Below are positions 1 through 7,156 of a stretch of 10,368 bases of DNA, piece after piece. A model generated the notes under the pieces. That model had not been told where the DNA came from and ran no database searches. It saw only the letters and a list, made by a program, of their open reading frames with translations. Source of the stretch: a virus; UHGV virus genome UHGV-0067349, one strand, 5' to 3'. A program made the translations under genes and the position numbers. Position 1 is the stretch's first letter, and each line of letters opens with the position of its first letter.

Positions 1-229
1 GGAGGGCTTTGCATTCTGCTTTGGTATACGTTTTACCGAGCATGATGTCTTTTCCGGTGTGTCCGTGACATACAGTCCATACACCAACAATATCTTTGTA
101 TGGTATGTAGCTAACACCTTCCAGACCATCGTTACCACTTGGTCCAGTGATTAACACAGATGCTATAGCAATAGCCCCGCCACTTATCGCCGCTATTACG
201 CTATTTCGTAGTGCCGGTGACATTGCCAT
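1..229 (-). CDS. SAR-type endolysin (lysozyme family), N-terminal part only; gene continues past the window start
   Basis: Minus-strand ORF from ATG at 229-227, with GAGGA 8 nt upstream. Translation: [76 protein letters not shown]. It has a Gly/Ala-rich weakly hydrophobic N-terminal segment (signal-anchor-release type) followed by a lysozyme-like region, and resembles phage 21 R / P1 Lyz type endolysins from memory. Start overlaps the 3' end of the holin gene. Absent from the ORF track because it is cut by the window edge. Confidence 0.75.
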   Translation of the reverse strand, partial: MAMSPALRNSVIAAISGGAIAIASVLITGPSGNDGLEGVSYIPYKDIVGVWTVCHGHTGKDIMLGKTYTKAECKAL

Positions 230-404
230 TCAATCTGTCCTCGCGCTCTTTGCGCTTGTAGTACCAGTTGATGCCAAATGTGCCGACAGTACAAAGAATA
301 CCAATGATGACAGCCCAGTCATTCAGGGAGAGAATGCCACCCATCGCAGTCAGTCCTCCGAAGCTGTAACTGAACCATTCTCTGATTTTGTCCATACGGT
401 ACAT
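201..404 (-). CDS. Class II (pinholin-like) holin with dual-start motif
   Basis: 67-aa [70 protein letters not shown]. Two predicted TM segments, the first Gly-rich and weakly hydrophobic, and a charged C-terminus. Met1-Tyr-Arg-Met4 is a dual-start arrangement typical of holin/antiholin pairs. It sits directly upstream of, and overlaps, the endolysin gene. A hairpin CCCCTcaatgaAGGGG immediately upstream includes the likely SD. Confidence 0.7.
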   Translation of the reverse strand: MYRMDKIREWFSYSFGGLTAMGGILSLNDWAVIIGILCTVGTFGINWYYKRKEREDRLNGNVTGTTK

Positions 405-531
405 GCTCTACCCCTTCATTGAGGGGATTTGCTCTATTTAATTAGGAATAAGGTCGATTACTGATAGAACAAATCCAGGCTACTGTGTTTAGTAATCAGA
501 TTTGTTCGTGACCGATATGCACGGGCAAAAC

Positions 532-561
532 GGCAGGAGGTTATTAGCGCGACCTCCTGCC
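532..561 (-). other. Conserved 10-bp-stem hairpin in the late leader (GGCAGGAGGT / ACCTCCTGCC, 10-nt loop)
   Basis: Perfect inverted repeat seen directly. On the minus strand it is followed by GTTTTGCCC, a weak U-tract. The surrounding leader reads as lambda-like from memory. Function unknown. Confidence 0.3.
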
Positions 562-647
562 ACCGCTTTCACGAAGGTCATGTGTAGAAGGCCGCAGCGT
601 AACTATCACTGATGAATTCAGGATAGCCAGTGGCTACGGCTCAGTTA

Positions 648-723
648 TGGTGCTGGTTAACGGACTTGAACCGCTACCCATTCGCTTACAAGGCGACTGC
701 TCTACCATTGGAGCTAAACCAGC
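648..723 (-). tRNA. tRNA-Thr-like, anticodon UGU
   Basis: Manual cloverleaf fold of the minus-strand 76-mer GCTGGTTTAGCTCCAATGGTAGAGCAGTCGCCTTGTAAGCGAATGGGTAGCGGTTCAAGTCCGTTAACCAGCACCA. Perfect 7-bp acceptor stem, 4-bp D stem GCTC/GAGC, anticodon loop CTTGTAA, T loop TTCAAGT, 3' CCA encoded. One G.A mismatch at the top of the anticodon stem. Confidence 0.6.
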
Positions 724-728
724 ATATT

Positions 729-803
729 TGGCGGGACAGCGTGGACTCGAACCACGATAAGAAGGTTAACAGCCTTCCGTAATGACCTTTATACGACTGA
801 CCC
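729..803 (-). tRNA. tRNA-Asn-like, anticodon GUU (irregular D arm; possibly degenerate)
   Basis: Minus-strand 75-mer GGGTCAGTCGTATAAAGGTCATTACGGAAGGCTGTTAACCTTCTTATCGTGGTTCGAGTCCACGCTGTCCCGCCA. Good anticodon arm GAAGG/CTGTTAA/CCTTC, T arm CGTGG/TTCGAGT/CCACG, CCA end. Acceptor stem has one T.T mismatch and the D stem is only 3 bp. Separated from the tRNA-Thr-like gene by 5 nt. Confidence 0.45.
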
Positions 804-807
804 AAAT

Positions 808-863
808 AAAAAATCCCGAAACCGTTATGCAGGCTCTAACTATTACCTGCTAACTGTTTCGGG
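808..863 (-). terminator. tR'-like intrinsic terminator ending the short PR' transcript
   Basis: Minus strand reads ...GCATAACGGTTTCGGGATTTTTTATTT, with stem CCCGAAAC/GTTTCGGG followed by a U-tract. Sequence and position match the lambda tR' terminator as recalled. Confidence 0.7.
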
Positions 864-999
864 ATTGCATTTTGCAGACCTCTCAGCCTGCGATGGTTGG
901 AGTTCCAGACGATACGTCGAAGTGACCAACTAGGCGGAATCGGTAGTAAGCGCCGCCTCTTTTTATCTCACTACCACAACGAGCGAATTAACCCATCGT
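808..999 (-). ncRNA. Lambda-type 6S RNA (short PR' leader transcript from PR' to tR')
   Basis: About 192 nt between the predicted PR' start (minus-strand ACGATGGGTTAATTCGC...) and the tR' U-tract. Near-identical to the lambda PR'-tR' leader as recalled. Not the host SsrS 6S RNA. Confidence 0.6.
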
Positions 1000-1035
1000 T
1001 GGGTCAAATTTACCCAACTTTATTCAAAAAGTCAA
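1000..1035 (-). promoter_or_regulatory. Late promoter PR' with qut (Q utilisation) region
   Basis: Minus strand has -35 TTGACT (plus 1030-1035), a 17-nt spacer and -10 TAAATT (plus 1007-1012), with start near 999. Lies about 45 nt downstream of the Q stop. Lambda-like arrangement. Confidence 0.65.
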
Positions 1036-1077
1036 TATCATGCCGTTAATATGTTGCCATCCGTGGCAATCATGCTG

Positions 1078-1701
1078 CTAACGTGTGACCGCATTCAAAA
1101 TATTGTCTGCGATTGACTCTTCCTTGTGGCATTGCACCACCAGAGCGTCATACAGCGGCTTAACAGTGCGTGACCAGGTGGGTTGGGTAAGGTTTGGGAT
1201 TAGCATCGTTACAGCGCGATATGCGGCGCTTGCTGGCATCCTGGAATAGCCGACGCCTTTGCATCTTCCGCACTCTTTTTCGACAACTCTCCCCCACTGC
1301 TCTGTTTTGGCAATATCAACCGCACGGCCTGTACCGTGGCAATCTCTGCATCTTGCGCCCGGCGTCGCGGCACTACGGCAATAATCCGCATAAGCGAATG
1401 TTGCGAGCACTTGCAGTACCTTTGCCTTAGTATTTCCTTCAAGTTTTGCAACGCCACGGTATTTCCCCGATACCTTGTGTGCAAATTGCATCAGATAGTT
1501 GATAGCCTTTTGTTTGTCGTTCTGGCTGAGTTCATGCTTACCGCAGAATGCAGCCATTCCGAATCCGGCTTGTGATTGCGCCATCCCCATAGCAGCCATC
1601 ACATCAGTACCGGAAAGAGAGTCAGAAGCCGTAGCCCGTGGTGAGTCGCTCATCATCGGGCTTTTTGGCGAATGAAATTTAGCTACGCTTTCGAGTCTCA
1701 T
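1078..1701 (-). CDS. Q: Late-gene antiterminator Q (lambda Q type)
   Basis: 207-aa ORF MRLESVAKFHSPKSPMMSDSPRATASD...CRDCHGTGRAVD...ECGRCKGVGYSRMPASAAYRAVTMLIPNLTQPTWSRTV..., recalled as essentially lambda Q with a Cys-rich zinc motif. SD GGGGAAGG upstream; ATGA overlap with the ninH stop; located just upstream of PR'. Confidence 0.9.
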   Translation of the reverse strand: MRLESVAKFHSPKSPMMSDSPRATASDSLSGTDVMAAMGMAQSQAGFGMAAFCGKHELSQNDKQKAINYLMQFAHKVSGKYRGVAKLEGNTKAKVLQVLATFAYADYCRSAATPGARCRDCHGTGRAVDIAKTEQWGRVVEKECGRCKGVGYSRMPASAAYRAVTMLIPNLTQPTWSRTVKPLYDALVVQCHKEESIADNILNAVTR

Positions 1702-1886
1702 GGCCTTCCCCTTTTGCCCTGTTTGACCATCAGGACGCCGTTAACTATTACGTGACGCTCGCCTTTGCTGTCTCGGTTGTACTTGAGCACTGTTCCTCTT
1801 GCGCAGGAAAGCATCCTTGCCACTTCGGTCTGATTGCCTCGTGTCTGGATAAGAAGCTCTGGTATCGTTTGAATTGTGGCGTTCAT
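1698..1886 (-). CDS. ninH: NinH, small HTH protein
   Basis: 62-aa ORF MNATIQTIPELLIQTRGNQTEVARMLSCARGTVLKYNRDSKGERHVIVNGVLMVKQGKRGRP. Matches the lambda NinH motif (TIPDML..GNQTEVARRLKCSRGTVRKY) from memory. GGAG SD; ATGA overlaps with both neighbours. Confidence 0.8.
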   Translation of the reverse strand: MNATIQTIPELLIQTRGNQTEVARMLSCARGTVLKYNRDSKGERHVIVNGVLMVKQGKRGRP

Positions 1887-2245
1887 ACGCTCTCCAGTTC
1901 GGTGATTTTTATTCCAAGCCTTCCGCCTGGTACTTTCACGCCACGAATTACGCGAATGTCATCGAATTGCTCGTCGTCTTCCGCAAATCCGGCGTGGATA
2001 AGGGAGTCGAGTAAACCTTTCAGGATGTTATCGAGGTCTCGGCGGCGGGAGTCTGGAACGTCTGCGATGACTTTGATGCGTAGTCGTGATTTGGTGAAAA
2101 TGTCTAACTTGAGTTGGCTGATTATTTGCTGAACGTCTTTTCGGTATTTCTGGCCTTTATCGCTGATGTAGTATTGGCTTCCCCGTCTTCGCCAGTAGGT
2201 ATTCACCGATGGCGGGTATGGAAGCACAAACTGATATTCGTTCAT
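1883..2245 (-). CDS. rusA: Holliday-junction resolvase RusA
   Basis: 120-aa ORF MNEYQFVLPYPPSVNTYWRRRG...DVPDSRRRDLDNILKGLLDSLIHAGF..DDEQ..GGRLGIKITE. Shows the RusA family signature (PPS.N.YW, RRRDLDN, GGRL). Strong SD GGGAGGGGAAG. Confidence 0.85.
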   Translation of the reverse strand: MNEYQFVLPYPPSVNTYWRRRGSQYYISDKGQKYRKDVQQIISQLKLDIFTKSRLRIKVIADVPDSRRRDLDNILKGLLDSLIHAGFAEDDEQFDDIRVIRGVKVPGGRLGIKITELESV

Positions 2246-2532
2246 GACTTAATCTTCCCCTCCCTCAGCAGTATCGCCTGCGTTCTGATCACGCCTTCGA
2301 GGTGGTAAAGTCTGGCGTCTTTGTTGTCGAGATTATGGGTGCGTCGGTCGATTTCATCGTGACACGCACTACAAGCCCATGCACCGATCAGGTCGTCAGG
2401 CTTCATTCCCGCTCCGCAAATTCCAGCCATCCGGTAATGTGCCAGAACTGTAGTTTCAGGATTGCCATTGCATATGCCGTAAATACGTACCTGGCATTCT
2501 CTGCCGCGCGCTTCTTTGCGTAGGTTAGCCAT
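2242..2532 (-). CDS. Cys-rich nin-region protein, YbcO/DUF1364-like
   Basis: 96-aa ORF MANLRKEARGRECQVRIYGICNGNPETTVLAHYRMAGICGAGMKPDDLIGAWACSACHDEIDRRTH... Resembles E. coli DLP12 YbcO from memory, and like ybcO sits immediately upstream of rusA. Several conserved Cys/His suggest a metal site. Confidence 0.65.
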   Translation of the reverse strand: MANLRKEARGRECQVRIYGICNGNPETTVLAHYRMAGICGAGMKPDDLIGAWACSACHDEIDRRTHNLDNKDARLYHLEGVIRTQAILLREGKIKS

Positions 2533-2801
2533 TATGGTTCACTCCAGTAATTCTCAATTGCAGCAGCCATTCTCTGCATCCACTCAGCCAGCTTTAACGC
2601 GGCTTCTCTTTCAGAACCACATTTAGGGAAATCCTTCATTTCCATGCTGGCCTTATATGTTCTGAATGCCAGGTCTCCGGTAATAATCAGCTCCTGATCA
2701 AGCACCGAGCGTTTATTCCGGTGTTGAACGTAATAGACAGATTCAGTCCGCATTTCTTCTCTGTCTTTTTTGAAGGAAATAAGCTCAGAGAAATCACTCA
2801 T
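2532..2801 (-). CDS. Hypothetical nin-region protein (89 aa)
   Basis: ORF MSDFSELISFKKDREEMRTESVYYVQHRNKRSVLDQ... in tight translational coupling: TAATG overlap with the downstream gene, and its start lies inside the ninF stop region. Family not recognised. Confidence 0.55.
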   Translation of the reverse strand: MSDFSELISFKKDREEMRTESVYYVQHRNKRSVLDQELIITGDLAFRTYKASMEMKDFPKCGSEREAALKLAEWMQRMAAAIENYWSEP

Positions 2802-2970
2802 CGTCTTCTTCCTCGTACATTGAGCTATTCGGATCGCTCATCAGTTCTGCGCAGCAGTGCTCACACACGTGAACTTCCAGCACATGTAGCTTCTGACCGC
2901 AGTTAGCGCACGTTAAAGCCCGCTCGACGCTTTCTTTCTGGTATTGGAGGGATTGGGATGGGCTAAGCAT
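2794..2970 (-). CDS. ninF: NinF (58 aa, Cys-rich); absent from the ORF track
   Basis: Manual translation of the minus strand gives [58 protein letters not shown]. Matches lambda NinF from memory with a CxxC...CxxxCC motif. Below the apparent 60-aa track cut-off. Overlaps both neighbouring genes. Confidence 0.75.
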   Translation of the reverse strand: MLSPSQSLQYQKESVERALTCANCGQKLHVLEVHVCEHCCAELMSDPNSSMYEEEDDE

Positions 2971-3328
2971 TATTGGCGTCCTGCATCATGAGAAAGACAA
3001 TCATGGCAGCGCGGAGTGGGTTTTCATCTTGAGTCATATGATATGGGGTACTATCACTGCCAACTTTTCTATGCGCTGCCTTCCATAATCCATTTTCTGG
3101 CGCTGGAATAATGCCAATTCTGTTCTCTACGATAATCGGCTCTGCGTCTGATGGGCTTTTACAGTAATCAACCGTTTTTATTGCATAACCAGTTTCGTCA
3201 TCCCACTCAACACCAACGATTGATGTTCCCAACTTTGCTATTTCGCAATCTTCGGGAGCAAATCCACAGCAAATTGCCACTCGCTTGTTAATTTCAAAAT
3301 CACTTAACTGTGAATAATCCATTGTCAT
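2963..3328 (-). CDS. Hypothetical nin-region protein between ninE and ninF (NinX position in P22-like order)
   Basis: Track ORF 2963..3364. The likely start is ATG 3328 (ATGA overlap with the ninE stop) or ATG 3322 (GAGGA 8 nt upstream), giving M(TM)[31 protein letters not shown]... Family not recognised; synteny only. Confidence 0.55.
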   Translation of the reverse strand: MTMDYSQLSDFEINKRVAICCGFAPEDCEIAKLGTSIVGVEWDDETGYAIKTVDYCKSPSDAEPIIVENRIGIIPAPENGLWKAAHRKVGSDSTPYHMTQDENPLRAAMIVFLMMQDANNA

Positions 3329-3501
3329 TTCCTCGCACGATGTCTTAGCCACCGGATATCCCACAGGTGAGCCGTGTAGTTGAAGGTTTTTACGTCAGAT
3401 TCTTTTGGGACTGGCTTGCGTTTATTTCTGGAGCGTTTCGTTGGAAGGTATTTGCAGTTTTCGCAGATGATGTCTGTGATACTTCGTCGCTGTCGTCTCA
3501 T
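3325..3501 (-). CDS. ninE: NinE
   Basis: Internal ATG at 3501 of track ORF 3325..3546 gives [58 protein letters not shown] (58 aa). Matches lambda NinE from memory. ATGA overlap with the ninB stop. Confidence 0.75.
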   Translation of the reverse strand: MRRQRRSITDIICENCKYLPTKRSRNKRKPVPKESDVKTFNYTAHLWDIRWLRHRARK

Positions 3502-3908
3502 TCGTACCTCCTGTCGGTAAATCTGACACCCTGACCAATAGCCCATGCTGTCGTGTACTCAATCAGACTTGCCATACGCTTCACGCTCATCTGCGCGCTG
3601 CTTTCGCGAATGTTGACGTATTCGCCTTCAAGGCCTGGCAAAACATCAGCTTCCTGTTTTGTTGCCACTGCATGACCGCTGATCAACAAAACCTTCCATT
3701 GTTCTGGTTTTAACCATTTGCCGCACCATTGAACCTGACGAGCGATATCCGCCAGCATCGCGTGAAATTTTGCGTTCTGGTCAAGGTTGCGCTTGTAGTC
3801 AGTAATGCGGATGGTGACTGGCTTGTCTTTATCGAGAGGAGTTTCGAGGATGGCGTTGATTGCGGCTTGCTGTTGTTGCTTAGTTCGGAGGAATATTGTT
3901 TGCTTCAC
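3498..3908 (-). CDS. ninB: Recombination protein NinB (Orf family)
   Basis: 136-aa [66 protein letters not shown]... aligns with lambda NinB as recalled. GTG start with AAGGAG SD 6 nt upstream. Confidence 0.85.
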   Translation of the reverse strand: MKQTIFLRTKQQQQAAINAILETPLDKDKPVTIRITDYKRNLDQNAKFHAMLADIARQVQWCGKWLKPEQWKVLLISGHAVATKQEADVLPGLEGEYVNIRESSAQMSVKRMASLIEYTTAWAIGQGVRFTDRRYE

Positions 3909-3919
3909 TGAACACTCCT

Positions 3920-4105
3920 TTATTTTTTATGCCTGTAACCCCATTCTTCCAGCAACCTTGCGGCGTACCACCCAAGAAACAAAGGAAAGAACATTACAAT
4001 GAGATATGCCACGCCACGGTCAATGTTCGAAATTGACCAGATTACGATGTAACCAGTGCAGGACAGGAATATTACAAACCCCAAAAAGCTACTTCGTCGA
4101 CTCAT
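3920..4105 (-). CDS. Small two-TM membrane protein (61 aa), unknown function
   Basis: Track ORF 3920..4111. Better start is ATG 4105 with AAGGAG 5 nt upstream: MSRRSSFLGFVIFLSCTGYIVIWSISNIDRGVAYLIVMFFPLFLGWYAARLLEEWGYRHKK. Two hydrophobic segments and a basic C-terminus. Confidence 0.5.
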   Translation of the reverse strand: MSRRSSFLGFVIFLSCTGYIVIWSISNIDRGVAYLIVMFFPLFLGWYAARLLEEWGYRHKK

Positions 4106-4107
4106 GC

Positions 4108-4440
4108 TCACTCCTTCACTTTGACTCCAGCAGCGCGGATGGCTTTCATCACTGCAATTACCGTTTTGTCCTTCCCATCCTCATGCCCCATCGCATAAGC
4201 ACCTTCTTCACCATCTTTCCAAAAGTCGTCATTCGATTCTGGCCAGTCGATATCCAGTTCAATAGCTGCTCGCGATGCCTGCCACGTTTGCCAGTGGCCT
4301 TGAACATCGTCCATCACGTATTGACCACCAATATCACCACTGCCAATTTCATGGTGATTTTCAGGGTAACGGATAAGGTCTGAGGATTCGCCTCCACGTC
4401 GCAACCAACTTTCTTCAAACTGCTTTCTTGATTCGTCCAT
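4108..4440 (-). CDS. Hypothetical acidic soluble protein (110 aa), unknown function
   Basis: ORF MDESRKQFEESWLRRGGESSDLIRYPENHHEIGSGDIGGQYVMDDVQGHWQTWQ... with GAGGGT SD. Stop lies 2 nt before the start of the downstream small membrane gene. Asp/Glu/Trp-rich. Confidence 0.6.
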   Translation of the reverse strand: MDESRKQFEESWLRRGGESSDLIRYPENHHEIGSGDIGGQYVMDDVQGHWQTWQASRAAIELDIDWPESNDDFWKDGEEGAYAMGHEDGKDKTVIAVMKAIRAAGVKVKE

Positions 4441-4457
4441 CGATACTTACCCTCAGT

Positions 4458-4664
4458 TCAACTCACAAAACGCCACGCCATTTTTGCTACGACAACAGGC
4501 ATAACACCGATAATCACCCACAGGAAAATGCTACCGAAAAGCACACCAACCAGGTCTTTACCTTCGCCTACCAACCGGACAAAACTGCTGGCAACCACAA
4601 TGAACGTCGCCACCATCCACATAGCACCGAGAATCCTCAATGCAGAGAAAATCAACTCAACCAC
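4458..4664 (-). CDS. Small two-TM membrane protein (68 aa), unknown function
   Basis: GTG start preceded by GGGGGAGAG. MVELIFSALRILGAMWMVATFIVVASSFVRLVGEGKDLVGVLFGSIFLWVIIGVMPVVVAKMAWRFVS. First gene after the tR2-like terminator. Confidence 0.5.
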   Translation of the reverse strand: MVELIFSALRILGAMWMVATFIVVASSFVRLVGEGKDLVGVLFGSIFLWVIIGVMPVVVAKMAWRFVS

Positions 4665-4678
4665 GATTTACTCTCCCC

Positions 4679-4711
4679 CAAATAAAAAGGCCTGCGATTA
4701 CCAGCAGGCCT
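4679..4711 (-). terminator. Intrinsic terminator downstream of the helicase gene (tR2 analogue at the replication/nin boundary)
   Basis: Minus strand AGGCCTGC-tggtaatc-GCAGGCCT followed by TTTTTATTT: perfect 8-bp GC-rich stem, 8-nt loop, U-tract. Begins 26 nt after the helicase stop. Confidence 0.7.
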
Positions 4712-4736
4712 GTTATTAACTCAGTGATGTAGATGG

Positions 4737-6113
4737 TCATACGTCAGCCCCTTGTGTATATCGTCTGCCACGCGCAGCAGGTGCATTTGATGCTGTGCAA
4801 ATCTGTCTGGCTTCATCCTGGTCACATGCAACAAAGTGTCCGTTACAGAACCGCTGGTAAACCGTACCAAGCGAGCCAAAACGGTTTTTCGTCACAATGA
4901 TTTCAGCAAATGGCGCGGCGCTACTGTTCTCGTCATATACCGCTTCCCGATAGAGCATGATGATTGAGTCTGCGTCCTGTTCAATGCTTCCTGAATCACG
5001 CAAATCTGCGTTTGTCGGGCGTTTGTTTGGTCGCTTCTCAACATCGCGCGAAAGCTGACTCAGGGAGATAACGGGCGTTTTCAGGTCTTTCGCCATCGCC
5101 TTCAGGCTTCCGGAGATGTGAGCAATTGCGAGGTCGTTGCGGTCTGCTTTCGGCTTCTCAATCAGACCAAGATAATCCACCATGATGAGTGACAGGTTTG
5201 GATTTTCCTGTTTGTGCCGTTCTGCGATTGAGCGTATTTCTTCGACCGATAACCGCGAGGCATCGACTACCCATACATCCAAATCTGCAAGCTGACTCAT
5301 GCCGTTAGCAACGCGCGCCCAGCCTTCGTCATCCATCGATGCAGGATTTCGCAGCACGCTAACCGACATCCTCCCGGCGTTGGCAATGCTTCGCTCTGCA
5401 ATCTGCAATGCGCTCATTTCCATTGAGAAAATCAACACTCCGCGCCGGACGTCAGAACCAGGAATAACGCGGCTTGCAACGCCTTCGGCAATCTTCAGCG
5501 CCAGCTCGGTTTTCCCCATACCAGGACGAGCAGCGATTATCACCAGGTCTTCTGCGTTCATCCCTCCGGTGATGGCGTCAAGTTCTTCGATTCCGGTCTT
5601 CATGGTATCTGACTCTTCTCCGTTCCTCAGACGCCTGTCAAGCGTGTCAGTGTAGTCAGTGATGATTTCCCCTAACCGTACAGGTTTAACCTCGTCACGG
5701 GGCTTTCTGATGGCTGAGAGACGCTTTACAAGCTCGTCCATCGCCTGACTCGATGTATCGATGGTTCCGCTCTGAATTGGTTCACGCATTTCATCCATGA
5801 TTTCCAGCACCAGACGGCGGTGATAGTTATCCGCGACCATTCCGGCGTATCCCTTCAGGTTTGCGGCACTCGGGCAGTTCTTACTGGTCATCAGGATTGA
5901 CGTGAAATGCTCCTCTCCGCACGCCTCGGCAACCATCAGCGCGTCGATTAGGTTTCTGTTTCTCGCCTGCTTGCGGATAACCTCGAAGGCTTTCCGGTAG
6001 AGCGGAATTGAAAACGCTTCCGGCTCCAGCGTTGCCAGAACGTCACTGGCGGTTGGTGTTAATCCACCAATCAGCAGGCCACCGATAACGCTCGCTTCGA
6101 TATCCTGTTTCAT
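4737..6113 (-). CDS. Replicative DNA helicase, DnaB family (P22 gene 12-type phage helicase)
   Basis: 458-aa ORF with an N-terminal DnaB-like domain, Walker A GMGKTELA, and RecA-fold motifs ([24 protein letters not shown]). GGGGGA SD; ATGA overlap with the upstream O-like gene. Confidence 0.9.
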   Translation of the reverse strand: MKQDIEASVIGGLLIGGLTPTASDVLATLEPEAFSIPLYRKAFEVIRKQARNRNLIDALMVAEACGEEHFTSILMTSKNCPSAANLKGYAGMVADNYHRRLVLEIMDEMREPIQSGTIDTSSQAMDELVKRLSAIRKPRDEVKPVRLGEIITDYTDTLDRRLRNGEESDTMKTGIEELDAITGGMNAEDLVIIAARPGMGKTELALKIAEGVASRVIPGSDVRRGVLIFSMEMSALQIAERSIANAGRMSVSVLRNPASMDDEGWARVANGMSQLADLDVWVVDASRLSVEEIRSIAERHKQENPNLSLIMVDYLGLIEKPKADRNDLAIAHISGSLKAMAKDLKTPVISLSQLSRDVEKRPNKRPTNADLRDSGSIEQDADSIIMLYREAVYDENSSAAPFAEIIVTKNRFGSLGTVYQRFCNGHFVACDQDEARQICTASNAPAARGRRYTQGADV

Positions 6114-6931
6114 GCAATCCCCCTGTCTGCAAACTTACCTTCCCGTACCCCCGTTAACGAGTCTTCCCTCAGCAGGTAATCAAAATCGGCCGTCCAGCCC
6201 GTGTCGTTGTCTCCGAAGTAAAACGGCTTGGCCTGATGCACAAACGCCCTGACATACGCTCTGAAACCGTCCACGTTTGGCGTTTTCAGTTGCGGGATGA
6301 TTTTCTTCAGGCGGCGTTTGCGTTTCTCGTTGACCGCAACAGCGTGTGGCAGTCTGTCACCGACTTCGGTGTTGTAGGCGTTCAGGAAGGATTCGTAGTC
6401 GATTCGTTCTGCCTTGCGACGTTCAGGTTTAACCTGCCCATCACCGCCCCCGTTAGGGGGTAAGGGGGTATTTGTATTTATTGTCTTTTGTATATTGTCT
6501 TTTGTGTTTAGCTGACTTGGCTTATACCCATTAGCCGACTTGGCTAATGTTTTATTAGCTGTTTTAGCTAATGTTAAGCTGTCCTGGCTAATCCACTGAG
6601 AAACCACCTTGTTCACTCCGATTTTCACGCCATCAGCAATGAGGAATTTACGCTCAATAAGCTGGCGCTTGGCAGCGCAAACATGAGTGTGATGAATACC
6701 TGTCATGGCTGCTATCTGCGTGTTTGTGAGTCGATCCATCGGCTTATTGAATCCGTATGTCTTGCGCATGATAGCGAGCATCACCTTCAACTGCCGGACG
6801 GTTAAATCAGCCATCAGCAGACTGTCGGTAATCTCGTTAGCAACGCGCATGAAACCATCTTCGGTATCTGCCACGCGATGCTCCACGACCTCCAGTTGAG
6901 GCCTGTAATCAGCTAACTTAACGACGCCCAT
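6110..6931 (-). CDS. Replication initiation protein, lambda O-like (P22 gene 18-type), containing the origin
   Basis: 273-aa ORF. N-terminal region aligns with the lambda O DNA-binding domain ([12 protein letters not shown]...[32 protein letters not shown]). Central low-complexity linker ([23 protein letters not shown]...PLPPNGGG) is encoded by the iteron/AT-rich DNA. SD AGGAGTG. Confidence 0.85.
   Translation of the reverse strand: MGVVKLADYRPQLEVVEHRVADTEDGFMRVANEITDSLLMADLTVRQLKVMLAIMRKTYGFNKPMDRLTNTQIAAMTGIHHTHVCAAKRQLIERKFLIADGVKIGVNKVVSQWISQDSLTLAKTANKTLAKSANGYKPSQLNTKDNIQKTINTNTPLPPNGGGDGQVKPERRKAERIDYESFLNAYNTEVGDRLPHAVAVNEKRKRRLKKIIPQLKTPNVDGFRAYVRAFVHQAKPFYFGDNDTGWTADFDYLLREDSLTGVREGKFADRGIA
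6469..6593. repeat. Origin of replication: four iteron-like direct repeats plus adjacent AT-rich region, inside the O-like gene
   Basis: Plus-strand repeats GCTGACTTGGCTTATA (6511), GCCGACTTGGCTAATG (6534), GCTGTTTTAGCTAATG (6558), GCTGTCCTGGCTAATC (6578), spaced 20-24 bp. Flanked at 6469-6510 by an AT-rich block with duplicated TTGTCTTTTGT, and by the palindrome CCCCCGTTAGGGGG at 6446-6459. Same architecture as lambda ori within O. Confidence 0.65.
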
Positions 6932-7079
6932 GTTTCACTCCTGCTTTGGCTAGTCTGTAAACACCAACAAGGCGCTCTGCGAACGCCCTGTTATTTGCTG
7001 CGGCTACCACTAATCCCTCAGGTGAATCAGGGTGTCGAATCTCTTCTTTTTCCTGGTATTTCTTACGACGTTTTGTCAT
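6918..7079 (-). CDS. Small basic hypothetical protein (53 aa) in the cII-O gap
   Basis: ATG at 7079 with AGGAG 5 nt upstream: [53 protein letters not shown]. Stop overlaps the O-like SD/start. Lambda has no gene here, so the call is tentative. Confidence 0.35.
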   Translation of the reverse strand: MTKRRKKYQEKEEIRHPDSPEGLVVAAANNRAFAERLVGVYRLAKAGVKHGRR

Positions 7080-7088
7080 AATTACTCC

Positions 7089-7156
7089 TGTGGATTGATC
7101 CAGTCTTTCTACATCAGGCCTCAAAACTGTTGCAGCAGTCTTGAGGCTTTTCTTTT
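7089..7156 (+). ncRNA. oop-like antisense RNA with intrinsic terminator inside the cII 3' end
   Basis: Plus-strand terminator at 7118-7156: GCCTCAAAACTG-ttgcag-CAGTCTTGAGGC (12-bp stem, one mismatch) followed by TTTTCTTTT. It lies antisense within the last codons of cII. A candidate -10 CATAAT sits at 7077-7082. Same arrangement as lambda oop; the 5' end is inferred. Confidence 0.4.

Noticed and set aside
147-422. Plus-strand 91-aa ORF
   Set aside because: Lies antisense across the holin gene and the endolysin start. The holin and endolysin have clear family features and SDs; this ORF has neither.
1194-1575. Track ORFs 1194..1430 (+), 1209..1484 (-) and 1336..1575 (+) inside Q
   Set aside because: All are embedded in or antisense to the Q gene; out-of-frame reading products with no RBS.
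1752-2523. Plus-strand ORFs 1752..2132, 2114..2308 and 2302..2523
   Set aside because: Antisense to ninH, rusA and the ybcO-like gene, which have recognisable families and coupled starts. Low-complexity Ser/Cys/Arg-rich translations typical of antisense frames.
2721-4719. Plus-strand ORFs 2721..2906, 3729..3911, 3805..4002, 4006..4383, 4428..4685 and 4528..4719
   Set aside because: Each lies antisense to a minus-strand nin-region gene with a better RBS and coherent operon arrangement; no supporting signals.
5299-5655. Plus-strand 118-aa ORF
   Set aside because: Antisense inside the DnaB-family helicase gene.
6236-6899. Plus-strand ORFs 6236..6463 and 6705..6899
   Set aside because: Antisense inside the O-like initiator gene.
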